64,000 bases of DNA from the NCBI GenBank assembly GCA_964016885.1, contig OZ024745.1, positions 104,780,001 through 104,844,000 of the forward strand, in the 5' to 3' direction. The DNA is from Eledone cirrhosa. Its lineage: Eukaryota. This document shows, in pieces, positions 40,514 through 52,656 of this stretch. Each line of letters begins with the position of its first letter. The stretch's first letter is position 1. Made by a program: the position numbers and the translations under genes. Below the pieces are notes generated by a model, which saw nothing but the letters and a program-made list of their open reading frames with translations, did no database searches and had not been told where the DNA came from.

Positions 40514-41066
40514 CAATGTATATATATATATATATGTATATATATACAATGTATATATATATATGTATATATATGTATATATGTATATATATATATACAA
40601 TGTATATATATATGTATATATATATATATACAATGTATATATGTATATAATGTATATATATATATACATTATGTATATATATGTATATATATATATACAA
40701 TGTATATATGTATATACAATGTATATATATATATACAATGTATATATGTATATACAATGTATATATATATATACAATGTATATATATATATGTATATATA
40801 TATATACAATGTATATATATATATGTATATATATATATACAATGTATATATGTATATACAATGTATATATATATATACAATGTATATATATATATGTATA
40901 TATATATATACAATGTATATATATATATGTATATATATATATACAATGTATATATATATATGTATATATATATATACAATGTATATATGTATATACAATG
41001 TATATATATATATACAATGTATATATATATATGTATATATATATATACAATGTATATATATATATG

Positions 41067-41120
<54 letters not shown>

Positions 41121-41228
41121 AATATATATAATGTATATAATGTATATATATATATATATATACAATGTATATATATATATAAATATATATAATGTATATA
41201 TATATAATATATATAATGTATATATATG
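39570..41228. repeat. ~1.65-kb compound (TA)n microsatellite with periodic AATG/CAATG interruptions
   Basis: Direct inspection; source of the 541/592-aa YI-rich pseudo-ORFs. Confidence 0.95.
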
Positions 41229-42909
41229 TGTTTGTGTGTGTACTAATGTGTTTTTGTTTATATGTGTATGCATGCCTTTAATACAGTATTCTTTACAATT
41301 TCCTTATCATAATGGCAGTCATCTGGCTTACACTTTTTCACCTCATATAACTTATCTTCTATTGAGTGCACTACAATTGACTTTTCTTGATCCTTTCCAC
41401 TTGATGTTTACTATAGATCTAAGAAGTTACCACCTTAACTGAAGGAAGAAAATGTTATAAATCTTACAAATACTTTAGTTTGACATTAATTTGGTATTCT
41501 GTTACTTTCACAAATGTTAAAAAAAAGAAAAAAATGAAGGAAGAAACAACGCATAAGAATAATTCAAGCATGTAATAGTTGTTTACGATGCATGAGGCTT
41601 TAATATCCAAATAATGTATATAGGTTTTACATACTCTAAATGATAGAAAATGGAGACTTAAAAGTATGGAGGCATTAGTATTGATTTATCTCCCCTCCCT
41701 AAAAATACTAATTATAGCTGAAAAAGAATAGTTATAGCTGGAAAGGTTGAGAGAGTATCATACAAGCAGTTAAAATGATTTATAAAGAAAAAAAAAAAAG
41801 AGTTCAAAAGATAAAACGGGCAGAAAAAATTCATTCAATAGATGACAATTTATTTGGATAGTTTTTTCTTCTTCTTTACTGATTAATCAGGGAGAGGAGA
41901 AGGGCAGGAATCATGAGCTTTTATTTTTTCAGGGCCTCTGATACTGGAAAGAGGAAGAGAGAAAGATATCCCCAAATCAAATACCTGACCTGGCTTGAAT
42001 GCTCGCTAAAAGCACCCAAGAACCAGGTGGTGGTCTTAAATCAAGAGACAGATTAAGTAGTATATATATGCAAACACACGCACACATACATCCCCTTCCC
42101 CCGCCCTCTCCTCCTCCTCCTCTTCTTCATCATCATTTTTACATCCATTTTTCATGCTTCCATGGGTTGAACAAATCTTTTTAACATAGCCTCTCTCCAC
42201 TTCATCATCTCTTCTGTGAGTCTCAGTGAATTAAGATCAGCTCTCACTATTTCCAGCCAGGTCTTCCTTGGTCAACCTCTATGCCCAAGAAAGACCTGGG
42301 TGGAGGCGGTGAGAGCTGATCCCAAATCACTGAAACTCCGACACATGCCTGAGAATAGAGCAGTGGATTATTTTTTTCTAGCCATACCTGGAGTGGGAAT
42401 GACTTCACTACACCACTTTTTAGCCCCCTCCCCCCACACACACACTCACTCTCATGCCAACACACACACACTACTACTTCACCAACACATCCACACAATT
42501 AATTAATTAGTTCCAACCTTTTCTCTCTCTCTCTCTCTCTCTGAACTCTCCATTTCCCAGAGGACAGACTTATGTCTGAAATGTCAAATTCTCTTCTACT
42601 TCTCTTAAGCGTGATTCTAATTTGTGTTTTTGCACCTCTGTGCTTTGTCATTTCTTGAACTATATATTCTAGCATGGAAGATAGACGTTAATCGATGATG
42701 ATGATATATATGCTAATTCTATTGAAAAAGAATTTGAGTTTATTTGTTTCCATTAAGAAGACAAAAGTGTGCAGAGCAGAGTCTCATACATTCATGTGCA
42801 TGTGTGGTATTTTGGTAAGCTCACTGGGTGTATTAATTGCTGTCCAGGCAGATAGTGTGTGAGGTACTGTACTGATTATTCATCACATTTTCATGTCACC
42901 TGATACTAC

Positions 42910-43480
42910 CAGCAAGGATCCTAAATACCATTATAACTGGTGATAAGATTTGGGTTGGGTGTATGGGTATGAACCAGAATCCAATGCTCAGTTATCACAG
43001 TGGATAGATCTAATATGGCCCAGGTAAAACAATGAACATCTGGTGTTGAGCAAAATCAAGTTGATGCTAACTATTTCCTTTGATTTTGCACAAGAATGGC
43101 AAACAACTACAAAGGAGTACTATCAGGAAGTCCTCCAAAATCTTTTTAATGCATATCTGTGGGTCTTGCAAAATTGTCAGCTGCATCATGACAACATGCT
43201 AGCTTACTCATTGCAACTGATTCAAGATTTCTTGGCAAAGAAAGGCATTTTGCTCATTCACCAGGCTCCCTACTTTCAAAACATGGCTGTTTCTGACTTC
43301 TGGTTGTTCTTAAAATGATGATGCCACTGAAATGCTCAAGTTTTGAGAGCTGAGAGAACATTATGTGGAATGTGATGGCAGAGCTCAGAAGAATTATTCC
43401 AGATATGCTTCATATGGTGACAGGATAACTGAACCGAATATGTGGAGGCACCACAAGGGCATATTTCAAATGGTATTAGC
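42910..43480 (+). mobile_element. Degenerate mariner (DD34D) transposase
   Basis: ITGDKIW / YGYEPESNAQLSQW, and HHDN...APYFQNMAVSDFWLF with 34 residues between the Ds. Confidence 0.85.
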
Positions 43481-43728
43481 CCATTGGACCTCACCAAGTA
43501 CGTAATTTCTTTCCCCAGTAGACAGATCTCATATAAATATGTGTGTGTGTATGTGTATGTGTGTTTGTCACATTGACACTGCTGTCCAAGTAGTTATATT
43601 TGTTTGTCTTGGTGTTCAGGCTCTGATGTATAAAGACTAAAAGAACATTATCTCATAAAATAAGTATACACACACACATTATATGATTATGTATGTACAT
43701 TTATGATCATTATTATCATTATCTTAAA

Positions 43729-43920
43729 GCGGTGGATTGGCAGTATCAGTAGAGGGTTGTACGCCATGCTTTGCAGCATGAGTTACGGCACTTTATGGTC
43801 TGAGTTCAAATCCCACCAAGGTTAACTTTGCCTTCCATCCTTACGGGGTCAATAAGATAATGCACCAGTAATGCACTGGAGTAATTGCTGGCCTTGTGCC
43901 AAAAGTAGAAACAATTATTA
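43729..43920 (+). mobile_element. Family-B SINE
   Basis: Full head, core and tail. Other copies lie at 20835-20995(-), 46300-46462(+), 47232-47420(-), 50046-50235(+), 52124-52310(-), 53675-53865(-). Confidence 0.85.
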
Positions 43921-44422
43921 TCATCATCATGTATGTATCAACTTGTATACAAAAGCATAAAGTAGGAATAACATAGGAAATATATGTAGTACAGGTGTAT
44001 GACTTGTGAGGAAATAGTCAAGACGATGAGTAGTTTAGTCATTAACTGAAGTACTCCCACACCTGATCACCAAATGACAGCATGTGATAGCAATAATAAA
44101 GTGAAGAAGAACTTTCATAGATGAATGCTTTTGAAATGGGGGACATGAAAACTAAATGACAAGTAGTATAGACAATGGTGAAGTTACCATCAGAAAACAT
44201 GCAAGAAGAATGAATTGGTAATGTAAAAAAAAAATAAATAAATGAATTGTTACGACTTCTCTGTTGAAAAATATATTATATAGAGATAAACCAACAATGG
44301 AGCCTCTGTACTATCACAGAACTTGTTTGAAACATCAGTCAAATCTTTCTCATATCACACCTTCCTGTCTTATGAAATCATGACATATTGAATAATTTGT
44401 AATTTATTTATATATATTGTAT

Positions 44423-44763
44423 GGAGGTACATGGCTTAGTGGTTAGAGCATTGGCCTTGCAATCGAAAAGTTGTGAGTTCAATTCTCAGACCGGGTGATG
44501 TGTTTTTTCTTTGAGCAAGACACTTTATTTCACATTGCTCCAGTTTACTCAGCTGTAGAAATGAGATGATAGGGACTGGGTTCCCTATCATTCCACTGCA
44601 AAGTGGTTGTGGAGGTGCCATGGCAAAAAAAGCACCCAGCACTCACTGTAAAGGAGGTTGGTGTTAGGAAGGGCATCCAGCTGTAGAAATCAAGCCAGAA
44701 TCAGTTTCCTGCTTGCAAGCAGGGAAAAGCGGACGTAAAATGATGATGATGATGATGATGATG
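44423..44763 (+). mobile_element. Family-A SINE (full length)
   Basis: A/B boxes, CORE-like body, LINE tail, (GAT)n. Confidence 0.88.
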
Positions 44764-45261
44764 TATGAATATATAACATTATCATCATCATTTTAATGTC
44801 TGCTTTCCTTATATACATATATATATGTCTAAATTTTGTCTCAAGCCAGGAGGATTGTCAGACCGGTGCTTACCCTGGTTTTGTGAGAGTACAAAACTTC
44901 CTCCTGGACAGGATGCCTGTCCACCACAAGGTTAAACCCCCGGCTATTGCTGCTGGTACCCATCTGCAGCTGAGTATACTGGAGCAATGTAAAATGAAGT
45001 GTTTTGCTCAAGAACACAACACACAACCCAGCCCAACACCCTTACCACTATATCCATATGTAGTTGATATACAAGAGAAAAGCGTACTCAATACTGAGGT
45101 AGAGTTTAGATATTCATTTATTATGGCTAAATAGTGAGTTTTGTTATCCTGGAGTTTCGCCTGCATGTAGCTGCACACTCACAGTACCATTGATGATCCT
45201 GTGAGTGTGCAGGTGAAACCCCAGTGTAGCATACATGACTCATATACATGAGTTATTTATT

Positions 45262-45790
45262 TTAAAAAACTCTCTATGCTGGCTTTGGTCATTGGATTAA
45301 AGTGAGGGAGAGTTGCATAAATAATCAACCTCTGTCTCTTGTCCTGGCTTATAGGTATCCAGTGGCAAGGCGAAGTTGAGACAGCTGGCGATAAGTCGAG
45401 ATGTAGTGGATAGCCAGCAATGTCATATGTAAATCTCTGGGCTCTAATTGCCTTCCACAATGCTTTGCTGGGTTTGCATTTCTACTGATTGGACTAATAG
45501 GTAGTAGCCCTTCAATCCTTACATGCATAGGTAAACAAGACTTAGCTCACTATTGGATAGCCATTGACTCTCATGAGTCCCTCCATCCTTCCAGGAGTCA
45601 GTTGGTACTGTGAAATGCGTAAAAGCTTGTATGGAAGGTACTGGATCTGTCATCTGCATACATATAGCTGGCCTTGCATTGGAAGGGAATCGGGTTAATA
45701 TCCTGGACCCTGACTTGGATAACACCCATCCAGTTGCGGGATTGCAGTGTGCTTTTGCAGGCATTATCATCGAAGCCATTCATACAGATA
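45262..45790 (-). mobile_element. Old RTE 5'UTR-derived element
   Basis: Minus strand ggctatccactacatc...ccttgccactgga...tgcaactctccctcactttaatcc parallels 11490-11610 (ggccatccactgcagcc...ccaccgga...ccctcccactataaa). Confidence 0.55.
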
Positions 45791-46804
45791 TACAGTAGTC
45801 TTTAGCACAGTTTCTGTCTACCAAATCTCACTTGAAATGTATTGATCAATTTGGAGCTACACTAAAGACACTTGTCCAAGATGCTGCAAAGAAGAACTGA
45901 ATACATACCTGACTTCCCACGGGGACAAGCCGAAGCTGAAGCATATAGACCGTATGCCCCACCCCGCTCCCACTGTAAAGTGGTCATGTAGGTGTCACAA
46001 CAAAAATCACCCAGTCCACACTGTAATGTGGTCGTGTAGGTGCCATGGTAAAAAAGCACCCAGTTCTCAGTGTAAATGAGGTTGATGTTAGGAAGAGCAT
46101 CCAGCTGTAGAAATCAAGCTAAAATCAGTTCCGTATGAGCAAAACATAGTTACCTGACCTGGCATTGCCCACAACAGGACAAACCGTCTAACCCACGCTT
46201 GTATGGAAGAATGGACGTAAAACAATGATGATGATGTGATTGTGAAGCAAGTTTATTAACTACATAACAATACAAGCAGAATAATTAGTATTATTATTTT
46301 GATCAGTAGAGGGTCGGATGCCATTCTTTGACGCATAGAGTTACGGCCCTTGCCATTCTGAGTTCAAATAACTTTGCCTTTCATCCTTATGGGGTCGATA
46401 AAATAAAGTACCAGTAATACACTGGGTAATTGCTGGTCTTGTGCCAAAAGTAGAAACAATTACTTTGATTATTTTCCTTACCATTCCAAATGGCCAACAG
46501 AACTAGCATCAAAGATTGGATATTAACAAGTGGTTTTTGTTAAAAGAAAAAATTATGAAATATTAAATGAGAAGAGTGTTGAGAAGTTGACAAAAATACA
46601 AATAAAAACAAAAGTAAAAATACAATCAAAGAGAAATACTCTCAGGGAGCATTTGTAAAAATCAATATCAACAACAGAAAAGTGTCATTATTAATATTGC
46701 AAAAACTCTGCGAAAGATTATTAGTTTGGTAGAATTTTTCAGATACAGGGATTGCATTAATAACTTTTGCTGGGATACAACTGTTATGTAGTATTATGTA
46801 GTGT

Positions 46805-47232
46805 TGTTGATGGTGGTGGTGATGGTGGTAGTGGTGGTAATGTTAGTGGTGGTGATGTTTGTGGTGGTGATGTTTCTGGTGGTGATGATGTTAGTGGTGG
46901 TGATGTTTGTGGTGGTGATGATGTTTGTGGTGGTGATGTTAACGATAGTGATGATGTTAGTGGCGGTCGTGATGATGTTAGTGGTGGTGATGTAGTTCAG
47001 GTGATAAAAGTGTTGGTGGTAATGATGTTTAGGGTAATGGTGTTGGTGGTGGCGTTGTTGGAGATGGTGTTGTTGGTGATGGTGTTGTTGGTGATGCCAT
47101 TGTTGGTGATGCTGCTGTTTGTGATGTTGGTGATGTTGGTGATGTTGTTGGTGATGATGGTGGTGATAGTGATGATGATGATAGTGGTGGTGCTGTTAGA
47201 TGATAACAATGCTGCAGATGATGATAATGATA
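46805..47232. repeat. Degenerate (GGT/GAT/GTT)n low-complexity tract
   Basis: Direct inspection; a similar tract lies at 50860-51125. Confidence 0.9.
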
Positions 47233-47639
47233 ATAATTGTTTCTACTTTAGGCACAAGGCCAGCAATTACCCAGTGCATTACTGGTACTTTATTTTATCG
47301 ACCCCGTAAGGATGAAAGGCAAAGTTAACCTCAGCAGGATTTGAACTCAGATCGTAAAGCGACGTAACTGTGCTGGAAAGCATGGCGTCCGACCCTCTAC
47401 TGATACTGCCAATCCACCACCCTTGATGATAATAATGGTGGAGTTAGTGATGATGATGGTGATGGAGTGGATCCTGGTGGTGGTGGTGGTAACACTGGTG
47501 GTAAAGGTAGTGGATGTTTAGGGGTGATCATTCTCTTGGTGGTGGTGGTGGTGGTCATAGCTAGGGGTGACGGTGATGGTGGTGTTGGTGGGATGATCAT
47601 TCTGTTGGTGGTTGGGGTAGTAATAGTAGTGGTGGTCAT

Positions 47640-49712
47640 AGCTAGGGGTGATAATGGTGGTGGTGGTGGTGGTGTTTGTGGTAATAAAAGTAGTCATAGT
47701 CATAGTTAGGGGTGATAATGATGGTGGTGGTGGTGTTTGTGGTAATAAAAGTGGCGGTAGTCATAGTTAGGGGTGATAATGATGGTGGTGGTGGTGGTGT
47801 TTGTGGTAATAAAAGTAGTGGTAGTCATAGTTGGGGGTGATAATGGTGGTGGTGGTGGTGGTGTTTGTGGTAATAAAAGTAGTGGTAGTCATAGTTAGGG
47901 GTGATAATGATGGTGGTGGTGGTGTTGGTGTTTGTGGTAATAAAAGTAGTGGTAGTCATAGTTAGGGGTGATAATGATGGTGGTGGTGGTGTTGGTGTTT
48001 GTGGTAATAAAAGTAGTGGTAGTCATAGTTAGGGGTGATAATGATGGTGGTGGTGGTGGTGGTGTTTGTGGTAATAAAAGTAGTGGTGGTCATAGTTAGG
48101 GGTGATAATGATGGTGGTGGTGGTGGTGGTGGTGGTGTTTGTGGTAATAAAAGTGGTGGTAGTCATAGTTAGGGGTGATAATGATGGTGGTGGTGGTGGT
48201 GGTGTTTGTGGTAATAAAAGTAGTGGTGGTCATAGTTAGGGGTGATAATGATGGTGGTGGTGGTGGTGGTGTTGGTGTTTGTGGTAATAAAAGTAGTGGT
48301 AGTCATAGTTAGGGATGATAATGATGGTGGTGGTGGTGGTGGTGGTGGTGTTTGTGGTAATAAAAGTAGTGGTAGTCATAGTTAGGGGTGATAATGATGG
48401 TGGTGGTGGTAGTCATAGTTAGGGGTGATAATGATGGTGGTGGTGGTGGTGGTGTTTGTGGTAATAAAAGTAGTGGTGGTCATAGTTAGGGGTGATAATG
48501 ATGGTGGTGGTGGTGGTGTTTGTGGTAATAAAAGTAGTGGTAGTCATAGTTAGGGGTGATAATGATGGTGGTGGTGGTGGTGGTGTTTGTGGTAATAAAA
48601 GTAGTGGTGGTCATAGTTAGGGGTGATAATGATGGTGGTGGTGGTGGTGGTGGTGTTTGTGGTAATAAAAGTAGTGGTAGTCATAGTTAGGGATGATAAT
48701 GATGGTGGTGGTGGTGGTGGTGGTGTTTGTGGTAATAAAAGTAGTGGTAGTCATAGTTAGGGGTGATAATGATGGTGGTGGTGGTGGTGGTGTTTGTGGT
48801 AATAAAAGTAGTGGTGGTCATAGTTAGGGGTGATAATGATGGTGGTGGTGGTGGTGGTGTTTGTGGTAATAAAAGTAGTGGTGGTCATAGTTAGGGGTGA
48901 TAATGATGGTGGTGGTGGTGGTGGTGTTTGTGGTAATAAAAGTAGTGGTGGTCATAGTTAGGGGTGATAATGATGGTGATGGTGGTGGTGGTGGTGTTTG
49001 TGGTAATAAAAGTGGTGGTAGTCATAGTTAGGGGTGATAATGATGGTGGTGGTGGTGGTGGTGTTTGTGGTAATAAAAGTAGTGGTGGTCATAGTTAGAG
49101 GTGATAATGATGGTGGTGGTGGTGGTGTTTGTGGTAATAAAAGTAGTGGTGGTCATAGTTAGGGGTGATAATGATGGTGATGGTGGTGGTGGTGGTGTTT
49201 GTGGTAATAAAAGTGGTGGTAGTCATAGTTAGAGGTGATAATGATGGTGGTGGTGGTGGTGTTTGTGGTAATAAAAGTAGTGGTGGTCATAGTTAGGGAT
49301 GATAATGATGGTGGTGGTGGTGGTGGTGTTTGTGGTAATAAAAGTGGTGGTAGTCATAGTTAGGGGTGATAATGATGGTGGTGGTGTTAGTGTTTGTGGT
49401 AATAAAAGTAGTGGTAGTCATAGTTAGGGGTGATAATGATGGTGGTGGTGGTGGTGTGTGGTAATAAAAGTAGTGGTAGTCATAGTTAGGGGTGATAATG
49501 ATGGTGGTGGTGGTGTTTGTGGTAATAAAAGTAGTGGTAGTCATAGTTAGGGGTGATAATGATGGTGGTGGTGGTGGTGTGTGGTAATAAAAGTAGTGGT
49601 AGTCATAGTTAGGGGTGATAATGATGGTGGTGGTGGTGTTTGTGGTAATAAAAGTAGTGGTAGTCATAGTTAGGGGTGATAATGATGGTGGTGGTGGTGG
49701 TGGTGGTGGGGA
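47640..49712. repeat. ~2-kb minisatellite, unit GTTTGTGGTAATAAAAGTAGTGGTAGTCATAGTTAGGGGTGATAATGAT(GGT)n
   Basis: Roughly 33-35 tandem units of 49+3n bp. Confidence 0.95.
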
Positions 49713-49788
49713 TAATGGGATACATGGTAATAATGAGTACTGTAGTGGTGATAAATTGGTCCAAAGTCTTGTTAAAAGATGTCAACAT

Positions 49789-50011
49789 TTAACCCTTTCG
49801 TGTTCAAACCGGCCAAAACCGGCCAGAATTCTCTACCTCCTTCTGTTGAAACTGGCTGTAACTGGTCACTTAAACTGATGTTAAGGTATTGTTATCAAAA
49901 TAAATACTTTCAAAATCTCAGATTCGATATTATGTGGGATATTATGTGAGGTAAAGCCTTTACCATGAAAATATAATAGTATATATAAAATAATGTGAAA
50001 TAAAGGGTTAA
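49789..50011. mobile_element. TTAA-flanked piggyBac-type MITE, abutting the start of a second copy
   Basis: ttaa-ccctttcg ... taaaggg-ttaa-ccctttagcatt. Confidence 0.75.
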
Positions 50012-52440
50012 CCCTTTAGCATTCACATTATTTTATATATACTAGGGCAGTGGATTGGCAGTATCGGTAGAGGGTCGGACGCCATGCTTTGACGTATAGA
50101 GTTACGGTCCTTGCCATTCTGAGTTCAAATCCCGCCGAGGTTAACTTTGCTTTTCATCCTTATGGGGTCGATAAAATAAAGTACCAGTAATGTACTGGGT
50201 AATTGCTGGCTTTGAGCCAATAGTAGAAACAATTATTTTATATATACTATTATAAAATAAGTCCAATAACTTTAATTGGATCAACATTTGGAGTAAACTC
50301 TTCTTTTGGCCATATTGGCCATGGAAGTTATTGCTGTCTTGTTTATTTCTCTTTCTCTCAGTCTTTCCCTTTCCTTCTCTCCACCTTTCTCTTTCTGTCA
50401 GTCTCTCTCTCATACACTCAGTCTCTTTCTATCTTAGACATACACACACATACATGCATACACACATATATAATTACTTATATATATACACACAGGCGTA
50501 TACACACTTACATACATATACACAAACACTCTTGCACATATGCGCACATATAAATATCCTCAAATGTATACACACATATACATACATATATACACACACA
50601 CACAAACACACTCACACATATACACAAACATACACACAGAATCAAACACCCTCAAATGTATACATACACACATATATGTATACTCACACAAACAAACTCA
50701 TACATATACACATACATATACATATTCACACATATACATACACACATACATATACACATACATATACATATTCACACATATACATACACATATACATACA
50801 CACATACATATATACATATACATACACATGAATTTGTAGGGGTACAACTGAAATCAATATGGTGATGGTGGTGTGATGGTGATGGTGGTGTTGGTGAAGG
50901 TGTTGATGGTGATGGTGATGGTGGTGTTGGTGTAGGTGTTGATGGTGATGGTGATGGTGGTGTTGGTGTAGGTGTTGATTGCGATGGTGATGGTGGTGTT
51001 GGTGTAGGTGTTGATGGTGATGGTGGTGTTGATGAAGGTGTTGATTGTGATGGTGATGGTGGTGGTTGTGATGATTGTGTTGGTGATGGTGGTGATAGTT
51101 TTAGTGGTGATGATGAAGTGGGTGGCAAATTGGCAAAAACATTAGGTTATCAGGTGATGAAATGCCTTGCCATATTTATTGCAGCTCCAAAGGACCTGAA
51201 ATTGAATCCCGCCAAGATCAACTTTTCTTTTCATCCTTATGAAGGTCAATAAATACCAGCCTGGGGACAATGGACTGGTGGGATTGTTAGAGTATTCAAT
51301 GTGATATCTTGTGGTATTTGCTCTAGCTGTTTGCATTACAAAATCATATACCACTGCAGCTTACTTGATTGCCAGACTTAATCATCATTCACTTTTACAA
51401 CATCATCTAGGCATTGGGTGCCTTTAACATTGTCCATTGTATCCAGATCTTCACTTTAAGAATACTTTCCTCCAACATTTTTCACAAGTCTTGGAGAACC
51501 TTCTCCTCTGACTAAACAATAAAGCAGAAAAATTCTAAAGAGACATTTGTCTGCAGATGTTTTTATAAAACACCAGAAAATATTTGACTATGATGTATGA
51601 TAAATGCTTGCATTCAATTACCAGTGTTTAATAACATAACTGCAATCTTAGCTCAAATGAGAACAAACATTATAATAGAGAAAACAACCTAATAAATCAG
51701 TCTGATTATCATATAGTCAACTGTGTTTGTTCACAATAATGCTTGTTTCTATAAGACATATCTATGACTTTACTTACACCATACCTTACACTATTCTGCT
51801 ACTGGTTTTAGCCATTAGGTTGCAATCAGTATGGGGCAGCGTTTTGAAGGGATTTAGTCAATCATTGTCGTCCCATATCCCGACTTATTTGTTCAAATCT
51901 GATACTTATTTTAGGGATCTTTTATTGTTGAATTTCTAAGTTAAAACCACAGCCATACCTGTGCCATTAGTTGAAAAAGAACAAAGAAACATAATAAATC
52001 TTGAACCAATGAGGGAGTCTTTAAGTTGTTCCTTGACTTGCTAAAACTAGCAGCCAAATATACTGCAAAACAGATCTTACAATCTTAAAGAAGGAAAGGG
52101 CACATTTGATAATGTAGATATATAATTGTTTCTACTTTTGGCACAAGGCCAGCAATTATCCAGTGAATTACTGGTACTTTATTTTATCGACGCCGTAAGG
52201 ATGAAAGGCAAAGTTAACCTCGGCAGGATTTGAACTCAGAATGGCAAGGGCCGTAACTCTATGCGTCAAAACATAACGTCCGACCCTCTACCGATGCTGC
52301 CAATCCACCACCTTTGTAGATATATAATGAGGAATTGGCAGAGTTGGTTGAGCAGCAGATAGAATTCTTTGTGGTATTTGTTCCCGTTTCCTACATTTTG
52401 AGTTCAAATCCTGCTGAAGTCAACATTGATTTTCATTCTT

Positions 52441-52656
52441 TTAACCCTTTAGCCTTTACATTACTCTATATATCCTATTGTATTTTTGTGGTAAAGGCTT
52501 TATCTCACATAATATCGAATATATGAGATTTTGATATTATTTATTTTGAGAACAATACCTTAACATAAGTATAAGCAGCCAGTTACGGCTGGTTTGAACA
52601 AAAAGAGGTGAAAGAATTATAGCTGGATACAGCCTGTTTAAATGCTAAAGGGTTAA
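52441..52656. mobile_element. TTAA-flanked piggyBac-type MITE (intact)
   Basis: ttaa-ccctttagc ... gctaaaggg-ttaa, inserted in a SINE-B relic; a truncated copy lies at 19665-19865. Confidence 0.85.

Noticed and set aside
39458-41273. 541- and 592-aa ORFs and other YI/HT/CV-rich ORFs (also 56942-57626, 61149-63860)
   Set aside because: Stop-free reading of (TA)n/(CA)n microsatellites; no protein complexity.
41932-42030. Possible plus-strand exon after ttttattttttcag
   Set aside because: Weak donor, unrecognisable peptide, no neighbouring exons.
45598-45783. YADD motif in minus-strand ORF (SYMYADD)
   Set aside because: No QG..LSP motif upstream, and the region aligns better with a non-coding RTE 5'UTR; probably chance.
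47640-49712. CRISPR array or interstitial telomere
   Set aside because: No unique spacers, no cas genes, eukaryotic context; TTAGGG is isolated, not tandem.
46767-49878. Gly/Val- or Thr/Pro/His-rich mucin-like ORFs
   Set aside because: The minisatellite unit is 49+3n bp, so the frame shifts every unit; low-complexity artefact.
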